From an uncultured SAR86 cluster bacterium (lineage in GTDB: Bacteria; Pseudomonadota; Gammaproteobacteria; Magnimaribacterales; D2472): a DNA stretch of 64,000 bases. The DNA lies in NCBI GenBank assembly GCA_902594515.1, contig CACJML010000001.1:146977-210976 (forward strand), in the 5' to 3' direction. Every line of letters begins with the position of its first letter. The first letter of the stretch is position 1. The position numbers were made by a program, and so were the translations under genes. The notes under the pieces were generated by a model. The model did no database searches. It was not told the DNA's origin and saw only the letters and a list, made by a program, of their open reading frames with translations. Below are positions 8,541 through 17,489 of the stretch, piece by piece.

Positions 8541-11126
8541 GTGAAAAAATTTTTAATTGCATTTTTTTTATTTCAATTCATATTTATTAGAGCGGAGACC
8601 CTAATAGATGAAGTCATCGTAGTAGGCTCTTATCTTAAATCAACAGAATCAGACCTTTCTCCAATTAGCATCATTGATAAAGATTTAATCGATGATCTAA
8701 GCATCTCTTCAATTGCAGAAATTTCTAAATATATTACCTCTTCCTCAGGATCTCATTTTCAGGCAAATACCTTAGGAGGAGTTGACCAAGGAATGGCATC
8801 GATCACCTTGAGAGGGCTTGACCATGCTTCTACCTTAGTATTAATAAATTCAAAAAGGCATACGTTCGCTGGCACCCCCTCTAATCAGGGAGAGGGGTAT
8901 ATTGATGTAAATATTATCCCTGAGATTGCGATTAACAGAGTTGAGATTTTAAAGGAAGGTGCAACTTCTATTTATGGATCTGATGCTGTTGCTGGGGTTA
9001 TCAATTTTTCCTTGTTAAGAAAATTTGAAGGACTAAATTTAGATTTTAGCTATCAAGAAACTGATAATTATGATCAATCTGAATCCTCCTTGGGGGTTTT
9101 ATATGGATGGAGTTCTAGCAAGGTTAATTTTGTGCTTGGATTTAATCATTTGGATAGAAATCCACTATCCGCATCTGAAATTCCCGGAATTGCAGAGCTT
9201 GCGCTCAGTGGCCTAGGCAAGACTTTTAAAGTTAAGGAAGATGCATTTGTTACCTCAGGTCCATACTCTGGAAATTATTCTAAAGATGACCTTATTCCTG
9301 ACCCAAGATGTGAAACTAATGGGGGAATTCTTAGTGGAGGTAGGTGTAGATTTTTATACGGGAATCGTTTCAATGTTGTTAATGATGAAACGCATAATAA
9401 GCTTTATTCATCCATAACACATGAAAGTGAAAGATTTGATTTTAATTCAACAGTGATTTTCTCAAGTGTTGATGTTAATGATAATCCCCAGTCCCCTTCA
9501 TATCCAGCTCTTCCTTTTCTAAGTCGACCAATTGAAGCTGACCAGGCAGGCAATCCCTTTGGAGTGCAAGTCACTTGGTATGGCAGGCCACTTGGCTCAG
9601 AGTTTGCCTCTCCACACTCGCCAAAAGATATTTCTCAGTATCACCTAAGTAATGAGTTTGTATTTGAATTAGATGCATCATCAAGCTTAGAGATTTCGCT
9701 AACTAACAGCATGCATTCAAATGATCATAAAAGACCAGATATCATAGACTCTAGATTCTTAAATGCTATTAATGGACAGGGCGGTTCAAGTGGCAACGAA
9801 TTGTGGAATATTTTTGATTCACAAGAGTTGTCTATTGATTTGATTAATTATGTTAGCGGTTTTGAAAAATCAAAAAAGGAGGCCTCCCTTGATGTATTAG
9901 ATTTGGTTTTCACAAGGACGCTTGATGATAGTGAGTTTGCGTTAGGTCTCCAATATGCTGAAGAGTCCTTGGAGATAAAATATAACGAAATTGCCAGAGT
10001 TGAATTTGATAAAGATGGAAAACTTTTAAAAACAGCAGATCTATTTTTTTTAGGTGGTGGAAAAAATGTTGATTCCAGCCGATCAAAGCAAGCCATCTTT
10101 TTTGAAGCTAACCATAGCATTTCTGAATTTACAGACCTTAGATTTGCAGCTAGGTATGAAGAAGTAAAAAATGATTCCTCATTTGATCCAAAAATCTCAA
10201 TTCGTCATCGGTTATCTAATAATGTTTTACTAAGGGCATCATCAAGTACAGCATTTGCTATGCCTTCAATGGCACAAATGTATTCGAGCGAAATTAACTT
10301 AGGCAGCGTAAGGGACACTGGGAATGTGTTTGTGAGACAAGCTCAGCTAGGTAATCCAGACTTGAAGCCAGCAACCTCAGACAACCAAAATTTTGGGTTG
10401 ATTTATAAAGCTAATAATTTTGACCTGGCGGTGGATTATTGGACTATCGATTATAAAAATAGAGTGGAGATTGAGGATGCCCAAGCCATGCTCAATCAAG
10501 ATCCTAATGGGTCTTCAATTACAAGAACTGAGAGTGGCGACTTAATTGGTGTTACAACTCAATATTTTAATGAAGATCAAACTGATCTAAAGGGTATTGA
10601 TTTAAGCGTTAACTCAATCTTTAATTTTAAAAATCTTGGAGAACTTTCCCTAAACCTTGAAGCAACTCATCTTATTGAATTTATGACCCCTGAACTACAG
10701 AACCAATCACAAAGTTCCTCTATGATAAATAGGGTCGGTAAATTTAATTACGATTCACCTACTCATGCTCTACCAAGAAATAGAGTGAATCTTTTTATTA
10801 ATTGGTATGTTGATGGTTATGAGCATGTTCTTAATACAAGATACATAGATAGCTACAAAACCCGCAGATCCATAAATAATCTTGCTCAATCATTAGGTTA
10901 TGACAATACGATTGATTCATTCTTGGTATTTGACTGGTGTCTTAAATCAAGTACTCAGGGTAAGGAAAGGATTCTTGGAGGCAGCATGGAGGTAGGTTTT
11001 TGTATAGTCAATCTATTAGATGAAAAACCACCTCGTTTATATGATGCACCGGATTTCAGTTTTGATACTAGGGTACATGATCCTCGAGGAAGAATTTTCC
11101 AAATATCTTTTAACTACCGAATATAA
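8541..11126 (+). CDS. TonB-dependent outer-membrane receptor
   Basis: Signal peptide, TonB box DEVIVVGS, plug motifs LRGL...TLVLINSKR and IPEIAINRVEILKEGATSIYGSDAVAGVINF, GNPDLKP, C-terminal beta strand DPRGRIFQISFNYRI. Confidence 0.95.
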   Translation: MKKFLIAFFLFQFIFIRAETLIDEVIVVGSYLKSTESDLSPISIIDKDLIDDLSISSIAEISKYITSSSGSHFQANTLGGVDQGMASITLRGLDHASTLVLINSKRHTFAGTPSNQGEGYIDVNIIPEIAINRVEILKEGATSIYGSDAVAGVINFSLLRKFEGLNLDFSYQETDNYDQSESSLGVLYGWSSSKVNFVLGFNHLDRNPLSASEIPGIAELALSGLGKTFKVKEDAFVTSGPYSGNYSKDDLIPDPRCETNGGILSGGRCRFLYGNRFNVVNDETHNKLYSSITHESERFDFNSTVIFSSVDVNDNPQSPSYPALPFLSRPIEADQAGNPFGVQVTWYGRPLGSEFASPHSPKDISQYHLSNEFVFELDASSSLEISLTNSMHSNDHKRPDIIDSRFLNAINGQGGSSGNELWNIFDSQELSIDLINYVSGFEKSKKEASLDVLDLVFTRTLDDSEFALGLQYAEESLEIKYNEIARVEFDKDGKLLKTADLFFLGGGKNVDSSRSKQAIFFEANHSISEFTDLRFAARYEEVKNDSSFDPKISIRHRLSNNVLLRASSSTAFAMPSMAQMYSSEINLGSVRDTGNVFVRQAQLGNPDLKPATSDNQNFGLIYKANNFDLAVDYWTIDYKNRVEIEDAQAMLNQDPNGSSITRTESGDLIGVTTQYFNEDQTDLKGIDLSVNSIFNFKNLGELSLNLEATHLIEFMTPELQNQSQSSSMINRVGKFNYDSPTHALPRNRVNLFINWYVDGYEHVLNTRYIDSYKTRRSINNLAQSLGYDNTIDSFLVFDWCLKSSTQGKERILGGSMEVGFCIVNLLDEKPPRLYDAPDFSFDTRVHDPRGRIFQISFNYRI

Positions 11127-11152
11127 AAAAAAGCCCATTATTCAATGAGCTT
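11125..11152 (-). terminator. Intrinsic terminator, best formed on the minus strand, possibly bidirectional
   Basis: Minus-strand AAGCUCAUU-GAAU-AAUGGGCUU is 9 bp with one G.U, followed by a U tract. On the plus strand the same position is a C-A mismatch. Confidence 0.8.
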
Positions 11153-11209
11153 TTTAAAAAAGAACACATGTAGTAGAAAAAGTAGGGGGGAAAAGAATAT
11201 CTACTACAC
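11126..11209 (-). ncRNA. Candidate sigma54-dependent small RNA (~84 nt)
   Basis: Lies between a perfect -24/-12 promoter and a terminator; 5' stem GUGUAGUAGA/UCUACUACAU enclosing a 22-nt loop UAUUCUUUUCCCCCCUACUUUU; no ORF. Confidence 0.6.
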
Positions 11210-11218
11210 AGATATATA

Positions 11219-11235
11219 TGCAATATTAGTGCCAA
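11219..11235 (-). promoter_or_regulatory. sigma54 (RpoN) -24/-12 promoter
   Basis: Minus strand reads TTGGCAC-TAATA-TTGCA, an exact TGGCAC-N5-TTGCW with GG-N10-GC spacing; predicted +1 ~11207-11209. Confidence 0.75.
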
Positions 11236-11258
11236 TTAGTATTTTTTAAATCAGGAGA

Positions 11259-11335
<77 letters not shown>

Positions 11336-11357
11336 ACGGTTGCATATTATATATATT

Positions 11358-11915
11358 TTATTGCTCAGGAAAAGAGCAACCTATACCCCCAATTCCACAA
11401 TAACCATTTGGATTTTTTTGTAGGTACTGTTGGTGATATTCTTCAGCCAAATAATAATCATTCAATACTTTTAATTCAGTCGTTATCGGCCCAAATCCTG
11501 CTTTTGATATTTCTAGTTGATAGGTCTCTAAAGTTGCTTTAGCTAAATTGAGATCTTCTTCATTATTTGTATAGATCACGGAACGATACTGACTGCCAAT
11601 ATCATTTCCCTGTCGCATGCCTTGGGTTGGATCATGCATTTCCCAAAAGCTGATCAAAATTTCTTTTAATGAAATCTCTAAAGGATCAAATACTACCTTA
11701 ACCACTTCAGCATGGCCGGTGCTGCCAGAACAAACTTCTTCATACGATGGATTAATTGAGGTACCACCTGCATATCCTACTGAAGTAAGCCTGACACCTT
11801 GCAAATTCCAAAGCCGCCTTTCGACACCCCAAAAACATCCTGCACCCAGAATAATTTCTTTATGGCCTTCTGGGGTGGGTGAGTCTAAATCTAAATTAAA
11901 GATTGAATGAATCAT
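11358..11915 (-). CDS. msrA: Peptide methionine sulfoxide reductase A
   Basis: GAGCFWGVE active site, GHAEVV, QGNDIGSQYRS, AEEYHQQYL..NPNGYC; start ATG 11915 overlaps the birA stop (ATGA). Confidence 0.96.
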   Translation of the reverse strand: MIHSIFNLDLDSPTPEGHKEIILGAGCFWGVERRLWNLQGVRLTSVGYAGGTSINPSYEEVCSGSTGHAEVVKVVFDPLEISLKEILISFWEMHDPTQGMRQGNDIGSQYRSVIYTNNEEDLNLAKATLETYQLEISKAGFGPITTELKVLNDYYLAEEYHQQYLQKNPNGYCGIGGIGCSFPEQ

Positions 11916-12661
11916 ATTGATGCATAATCTACCGAACACTCGCCAGAATTGAAAGTTAAAATTCCATTCTCATTGCTAAGAAGCATTTCACCGTTGTGAT
12001 TGATGCCCTCAAAAATTCCTTCTACCTTGTCAGAATCATTCAAATTAAGAGTAATTTTCTTATGCATATGCACACAATGCTTTTCCCACTCTGATTGCCA
12101 GTCCTTAAAGCCTTCTTTACCTAAAGCTATTTTTTCAAAAGCACTCGCAATTTTGATAATAATTTTGCTTCGATCAACTTCATTATCAATTTCTTTTAGG
12201 CCAATCCATGAATCATTTGCTACATCAGATTCAATATTAATGCCGATGCCAACAATGAAATTGTTAATCTGATTATCTTGATCAATTTCTACTAATATTC
12301 CACCGGCTTTACGATGGTTAAGAATTAGATCATTTGGCCACTTTAAAAGCACATTGATGTCTTTTGAAACTTCTTGAATTGCTTTTTTTACAATTAATCC
12401 AGTTACTAAACTCAAAGCAGGTATTGTGTCAGAGACTGCGAATCTTAAGGACATATAAATATTGCCTATTTTTGGGCTGTTCCAAGCATTACCTCGCCTT
12501 CCTCTGCCTGCTGATTGCTTCTCAGCAACTACCAAATCAAGTATTTTTTTGCTTTGAAGCGATTTTATGAATGTATTGGTTGAGTCAACATCATTAAGAA
12601 CTACTAAATTTGTAATCTCAGAGTTAAGTTTGCCTTGCAATTCAAGTGAATTAAATTTCAT
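11912..12661 (-). CDS. birA: Biotin--protein ligase (no N-terminal HTH)
   Basis: STNT, QSAGRGRRGNAW, KWPNDL...KAGGILVE, GIGIN motifs, C-terminal SH3-like segment. Confidence 0.94.
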   Translation of the reverse strand: MKFNSLELQGKLNSEITNLVVLNDVDSTNTFIKSLQSKKILDLVVAEKQSAGRGRRGNAWNSPKIGNIYMSLRFAVSDTIPALSLVTGLIVKKAIQEVSKDINVLLKWPNDLILNHRKAGGILVEIDQDNQINNFIVGIGINIESDVANDSWIGLKEIDNEVDRSKIIIKIASAFEKIALGKEGFKDWQSEWEKHCVHMHKKITLNLNDSDKVEGIFEGINHNGEMLLSNENGILTFNSGECSVDYASI

Positions 12662-12678
12662 CAATTTAGGATTTTATG

Positions 12679-12707
12679 TTGACTTAAGGGCATTCTAGAA
12701 CAAAAAT
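12679..12707 (+). promoter_or_regulatory. Possible sigma70 promoter for tRNA-Tyr
   Basis: TTGACT-17 nt-AAAAAT, 15 nt before the tRNA; the -10 element is weak. Confidence 0.4.
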
Positions 12708-12722
12708 ACCATCCTTTGCATT

Positions 12723-12807
12723 GGAGGGGTTGGGGAGCGGTCAAACCCAGCAGACTGTAAATCTGCCGCCTCGTGCTTCGGAGGTTCGAATCCTCCCCCC
12801 TCCACCA
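12723..12807 (+). tRNA. tRNA-Tyr (GUA)
   Basis: 85 nt, GGAGGGG...CCCCTCC-A-CCA, anticodon loop CTGTAAA, long variable arm. Confidence 0.97.
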
Positions 12808-12841
12808 TCTAAAAACCCCCAATTTGAATACCAAAAAAAGG

Positions 12842-12878
12842 TTGAGTTTCTTGTTTTTTAAGGGGATAATACGCCACC
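12842..12878 (+). promoter_or_regulatory. sigma70 promoter with GC-rich discriminator upstream of tRNA-Thr-tuf
   Basis: TTGAGT-17 nt-GATAAT followed by ACGCCACC. Confidence 0.65.
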
Positions 12879-12902
12879 TTAAATTTGGATGTTATAAATC
12901 GG

Positions 12903-12977
<75 letters not shown>

Positions 12978-13016
12978 AATTTATGATTTAACTAAATATT
13001 ATTCAGAGAGGCACTA

Positions 13017-14207
13017 ATGGCTAGAGAAAAATATGAAAGAACCCTCCCGCACGTAAATGTGGGTACGATTGGTCACGTTGACCATGGTAAAACTACTTTA
13101 ACAGCTGCATTAACTAAGGTTTGTGCAGAAACATACGGTGGTGATGCAGTTGCATTTGACGGTATTGATAATGCTCCTGAAGAAAGAGAAAGAGGAATTA
13201 CGATTGCTACTTCTCACGTAGAGTACGTATCAACTAACAGGCACTATGCTCACGTTGATTGTCCAGGTCACGCCGACTATGTAAAAAACATGATCACAGG
13301 TGCTGCTCAGATGGATGGTGCTATATTGGTTGTAAGTGCTGCTGATGGCCCAATGCCACAAACTAGAGAGCACATTCTACTTGCAAGACAGGTAGGCGTT
13401 CCAAAAATTGTTGTTTTCTTAAACAAAGCTGATCAGGTTGATGATCCAGAGCTTCAAGAGCTAGTTGAGCTAGAAATTAGAGAGCTACTTAATGAATATG
13501 AGTTCCCTGGTGACGATACTCCAATCATTACTGGTAGTGCATTAAAAGCTCTTGAAGGTGATACATCTGAAATCGGTGTATCTGCTGTACAAAAACTTGT
13601 AGAAGAGCTAGATGTTTATGTTCCAGAACCAGAAAGAGACATTGATAAGCCTTTCCTAATGCCTATTGAGGATGTATTTACTATCTCAGGTAGAGGAACT
13701 GTTGTAACAGGTCGTATTGAAAGCGGTATTGTAAAAACTGGTGATGCATTAGAGATCGTTGGTATTAATGATACAACTACCACAACTTGTACAGGTGTCG
13801 AGATGTTCAGAAAGTCACTTGATGAAGGTCGTGCTGGTGAGAACTGTGGTGTACTTCTTAGAGGTATTGAAAGAGATGCTGTTGAGAGAGGTCAAGTTCT
13901 TGCTCAACCAGGATCAATCACCCCTCATACAGAATTTGAAGCTGAGATTTATGTACTATCTAAAGAAGAGGGTGGAAGACATACACCTTTCTTCAGTAAT
14001 TACAGACCTCAGTTCTACTTTAGGACTACTGATGTTACCGGAGCATGTGCGCTGCCGGACGGTGTCGAGATGGTAATGCCTGGCGATAATGTCAAGATGA
14101 CCGTTTCCCTTATTGCACCGATTGCTATGGACGAAGGTCTTAAGTTCGCTATCCGTGAAGGTGGTAGAACAGTAGGCGCAGGCGTAGTATCAAAAATTAT
14201 AAAGTAA
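13017..14207 (+). CDS. tuf: Elongation factor Tu
   Basis: [33 protein letters not shown]. Confidence 0.99.
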   Translation: MAREKYERTLPHVNVGTIGHVDHGKTTLTAALTKVCAETYGGDAVAFDGIDNAPEERERGITIATSHVEYVSTNRHYAHVDCPGHADYVKNMITGAAQMDGAILVVSAADGPMPQTREHILLARQVGVPKIVVFLNKADQVDDPELQELVELEIRELLNEYEFPGDDTPIITGSALKALEGDTSEIGVSAVQKLVEELDVYVPEPERDIDKPFLMPIEDVFTISGRGTVVTGRIESGIVKTGDALEIVGINDTTTTTCTGVEMFRKSLDEGRAGENCGVLLRGIERDAVERGQVLAQPGSITPHTEFEAEIYVLSKEEGGRHTPFFSNYRPQFYFRTTDVTGACALPDGVEMVMPGDNVKMTVSLIAPIAMDEGLKFAIREGGRTVGAGVVSKIIK

Positions 14208-14217
14208 GGAATTAATT

Positions 14218-14250
14218 ACAGAAGTGCCGAGCATGTCTCGGCTTTTCTGT
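14218..14250 (+). terminator. Stem-loop between tuf and tRNA-Trp (terminator or processing signal)
   Basis: ACAGAAG-T-GCCGAG-CATGT-CTCGGC-TTTTCTGT. Confidence 0.55.
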
Positions 14251-14269
14251 CTGTGTAGATTGGAGAAAT

Positions 14270-14345
14270 AGGCCAGTAGCTCAATTGGTAGAGCGACGGT
14301 CTCCAAAACCGTAGGTTGGGGGTTCAAGTCCCTCCTGGCCTGCCA
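14270..14345 (+). tRNA. tRNA-Trp (CCA)
   Basis: 76 nt, AGGCCAG...CTGGCCT-G-CCA, anticodon loop CTCCAAA; conserved position before secE. Confidence 0.97.
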
Positions 14346-14370
14346 GTATAAAGGTGGAGTGTATTAATTG

Positions 14371-14736
14371 ATGGCAACAAAACAAAAAACAGGAAACCTT
14401 ATAGATAGGCTCAAGTGGGTTCTATCTTTGTCTGTTTTTACATTGGCAATTGTTGGTAACTCATATTATTCAGCAATTCCATTTCTTTATAGAGTGCTTG
14501 GTGTAGTTGGTCTTTTTATCCTTGGGCTTGTCATTTTGGCGTTAACTGATTTTGGTAGCAATGCCATTAAACTGATGCGGGAATCAAGAACAGAGCTAAG
14601 AAGGGTCGTTTGGCCATCTAGACCGGAAACTACTCAAACCTTTCTAATTGTATTTGGCTCAATTGTTGTTCTATGTCTGGTTTTTTGGGGTCTGGAGTCC
14701 TTATTAAGCTGGCTTACTAAATTGGTGCTTGGATAA
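14371..14736 (+). CDS. secE: Preprotein translocase subunit SecE
   Basis: Three hydrophobic segments, [13 protein letters not shown] motif; between tRNA-Trp and nusG. Confidence 0.95.
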   Translation: MATKQKTGNLIDRLKWVLSLSVFTLAIVGNSYYSAIPFLYRVLGVVGLFILGLVILALTDFGSNAIKLMRESRTELRRVVWPSRPETTQTFLIVFGSIVVLCLVFWGLESLLSWLTKLVLG

Positions 14737-15263
14737 TGGATTGGTATGTAGTACAGGCCTATTCAGGCTACGAACTAAAGGTTAAAGCTGCCCTCGAGGA
14801 GCGGATTGCTTTGGCAAATCTGAAGTCTCAATTTGGCGAGATACTCATTCCAACTGAACAAGTAGTCGAGCTTAAAAGTGGGACCAAAAAGAAAACAGAA
14901 AGGAAATTTTTTCCAGGCTACATATTGATTGAGATGGAAATGAATGATGATACTTGGCAGCTCGTTAAGCATACTCCGCGAATAAGTACATTTGTTGGTG
15001 GCACTAAAGAAAAACCCATGCCCATTTCAAAGGCTGAAGTGGATGGAATCATCAATAGAATAGAGGTCGGCGAAGAAGCGCCGAGACCAAAAACATTATT
15101 TGAGCCAGGTGAAGTGGTCAGAGTTTGTGATGGACCATTTAATGACTTTAATGGAGTTGTAGAAGAAGTTGATTATGAAAATAGTCAAGTAAAGGTGTCG
15201 GTTCAAATTCTTGGTAGATCAACACCGGTCCAATTAGATTTTATACAAATTGAGAAAACATAA
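14736..15263 (+). CDS. nusG: Transcription termination/antitermination factor NusG
   Basis: [24 protein letters not shown] motif [14 protein letters not shown]. Confidence 0.98.
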   Translation: MDWYVVQAYSGYELKVKAALEERIALANLKSQFGEILIPTEQVVELKSGTKKKTERKFFPGYILIEMEMNDDTWQLVKHTPRISTFVGGTKEKPMPISKAEVDGIINRIEVGEEAPRPKTLFEPGEVVRVCDGPFNDFNGVVEEVDYENSQVKVSVQILGRSTPVQLDFIQIEKT

Positions 15264-15697
15264 TGGCTAAGAATAAAAAAATAGCAACGGTCTTAAAACT
15301 TCAAATACCTGCAGGCGGAGCTAATCCAAGTCCTCCAGTTGGACCAGCGCTAGGTCAAGCAAACGTAAACATTATGGATTTTTGTAATGCTTTTAATGCA
15401 GAAACACAAAATGCTGAAAAGGGAGTACCACTTCCTGTTGTTATTAATGTATATGAAGATAAATCATTTAGTTTCGATATTAAATCGCCTCCAGCAGCAG
15501 TTCTAATAAGAAAAGCCCTGAACATTCCAAAAGGTAGCGGTGTACCAAATTTAGAAAAAGTTGGAAAAATTACACGTGCTCAATTGGAAGAAATTGCCAA
15601 GGTAAAGGAGAAAGACCTTAATGCAAATTCAATGGATCAGGCTGTAAAAATTATTGCTGGTACTGCTAGAAGTATGGGCGTAGAGGTAGATATTTAA
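15263..15697 (+). CDS. rplK: 50S ribosomal protein L11
   Basis: [29 protein letters not shown]. Confidence 0.98.
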   Translation: MAKNKKIATVLKLQIPAGGANPSPPVGPALGQANVNIMDFCNAFNAETQNAEKGVPLPVVINVYEDKSFSFDIKSPPAAVLIRKALNIPKGSGVPNLEKVGKITRAQLEEIAKVKEKDLNANSMDQAVKIIAGTARSMGVEVDI

Positions 15698-16380
15698 TGA
15701 GCAAGAAATCTGTAAAAATTAACGAGTTAGTTGATATCGAAAAGTTATACTCTTTTGAGGAAGCTTTAGGCGTCTTCCAAGAAGTTAAATCTAATAAGTT
15801 TGATGAATCTGTTGATATAGCAATTAATTTAGGCATTGATGCTGGTAAATCAGATCAAAATGTTAGGGGTTCTGTAACTTTGCCTAATTCTTTGGGTAAG
15901 CAAGTAACTGTTGCAGCTTTTGCTGATGGTGATCAAGCAAATGAAGCAAAGGAAGCGGGTGCAGAATTCATTGGCATGGATGATTTGGCTGAACAATTCA
16001 AGAAAGGTGAAGTAGCTGTTGATGTTGTTGTGGCAACACAGGCCTCAATGAAAGTGGTAGGCCAGTTAGGTCAGGTGCTTGGGCCTAAGGGACTAATGCC
16101 GAATCCTAAAAGCGGGACTGTTACGGACAAGATTGGTGAAGCAGTTAAAAACGCAAAATCTGGACAAGTAAGATTTAAAACTGACAAGGGAGGAACGATC
16201 CATGGATGTATTGGTAAAGTTTCATATTCCCCAACTCAGCTTGAAGAAAATACTAAAGTTTTAATTGATGAGGTTAAAAAACTTAAACCTGCCTCTGCCA
16301 AAGGTGTTTACATAAAGAATGTATCACTCAGCAGCACAATGGGGCCCGGTGTTAAGTTAGATACTTCAAATATTTTATAA
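15697..16380 (+). CDS. rplA: 50S ribosomal protein L1
   Basis: KFDESVD, LGPKGLMPNPKSGTV, SSTMGPGV. Confidence 0.98.
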   Translation: MSKKSVKINELVDIEKLYSFEEALGVFQEVKSNKFDESVDIAINLGIDAGKSDQNVRGSVTLPNSLGKQVTVAAFADGDQANEAKEAGAEFIGMDDLAEQFKKGEVAVDVVVATQASMKVVGQLGQVLGPKGLMPNPKSGTVTDKIGEAVKNAKSGQVRFKTDKGGTIHGCIGKVSYSPTQLEENTKVLIDEVKKLKPASAKGVYIKNVSLSSTMGPGVKLDTSNIL

Positions 16381-16421
16381 GTTTAGAGCTTGAAAAAGCT
16401 CTGATAGTTGCGTTGTATACG

Positions 16422-16525
16422 CAGCCGTCAAAGACCGTAGGTGCGAAAGCTTAATTTCCTACGTAGGTGGTGTGCATTTCGTTTATGCGATTTGTCACCT
16501 TACAGCCGAAAGGCATAAAAGGAGA
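16422..16525 (+). promoter_or_regulatory. L10 (rplJ) leader, autoregulatory RNA
   Basis: AAGACCGTAGGTG-CGAAAGC-TTAA-TTTCCTACGTAGG core resembling the L10/L12-binding leader, plus downstream helices and a GCC-GAAA-GGC hairpin before the SD (AAGGAG). Confidence 0.75.
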
Positions 16526-16531
16526 ATTGCT

Positions 16532-17062
16532 GTGGCTTTAACAAGAGAAGAAAAAGAGAGAATTGTTTCAGAAGTTAAAGAGGTTGCTGGTAAAGCTTCA
16601 TCTTTAGTTGTGTCTGATGCAAGAGGACTTAAAGTCTCTGAACTTTCTGAAATAAGAAAGCAGGGGACGGAAGCAGGCATTCACATTCAAATTATCAAAA
16701 ATTCATTGGCTAAACTTGCCTTTGAAGGAACTGACTTTGGGTGTACAAGTGAGACCTTACAAGGACCCTCACTGTTTGCTTTTTCTTTTGACGAACCAGG
16801 CGCAGCAGCCAAGCTTTTAAAAACTTACGCTAAAAATTTTGAGGCGCTAGAGATTAAAGCTTTGTCTGTTGAAGGTCAGCTTTTAGGTGCTGAGCAAATT
16901 GATGTATTGGCAAAACTTCCAGGTAGAGAAGAAGCTATCACTTTAATTGCTGCAGTTCTGCAAGCCCCTATCTCAAAGTTTGCGACACTTCTTAATGAGG
17001 TTCCAAGCAAACTGGCGAGAGTGCTTCAAGCAGTTCATGACAAAAAACAGGCGTCAGCCTAA
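16532..17062 (+). CDS. rplJ: 50S ribosomal protein L10
   Basis: GTG start after AAGGAG; MALTREEKERIV, RGLKVSEL..., IKNSLAKLA, LAKLPGREE. Confidence 0.96.
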   Translation: MALTREEKERIVSEVKEVAGKASSLVVSDARGLKVSELSEIRKQGTEAGIHIQIIKNSLAKLAFEGTDFGCTSETLQGPSLFAFSFDEPGAAAKLLKTYAKNFEALEIKALSVEGQLLGAEQIDVLAKLPGREEAITLIAAVLQAPISKFATLLNEVPSKLARVLQAVHDKKQASA

Positions 17063-17080
17063 ATTAAAGGAGAAAATATA

Positions 17081-17464
17081 ATGGCAACTTCAAAAGACGA
17101 TATTCTAAAGGCAATCGAAGAGATGTCAGTAATGGATCTTGTTGAGCTTATTTCGGCCATCGAAGAAAAGTTTGGTGTTACTGCTGCTGCAGCAGTTGCA
17201 GCTGCCCCGGCAGCCGCGGCTGGAGATGCAGGTGGTGATGCTGCTGAAGAAAAAGATGAGTTCGACATTGTTCTTTCTGCTGCTGGTGATCAAAAAGTTC
17301 AAGTGATCAAGGCGGTTAGAGCTATTACTGGATTAGGCCTTAAAGAAGCTAAAGATCTAGTTGATGGAGCACCAAATACTCTCAAAGAGGGTGTGAAAAA
17401 AGAGGAAGCTGAAGAGATGGTTAAGCAGCTTACCGAAGCAGGTGCAACAGCAGAACTTAAGTAA
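17081..17464 (+). CDS. rplL: 50S ribosomal protein L7/L12
   Basis: [19 protein letters not shown], Ala-rich hinge, [11 protein letters not shown]. Confidence 0.98.
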   Translation: MATSKDDILKAIEEMSVMDLVELISAIEEKFGVTAAAAVAAAPAAAAGDAGGDAAEEKDEFDIVLSAAGDQKVQVIKAVRAITGLGLKEAKDLVDGAPNTLKEGVKKEEAEEMVKQLTEAGATAELK

Positions 17465-17489
17465 CACATAAAATTTACAAGGGCAGCAT

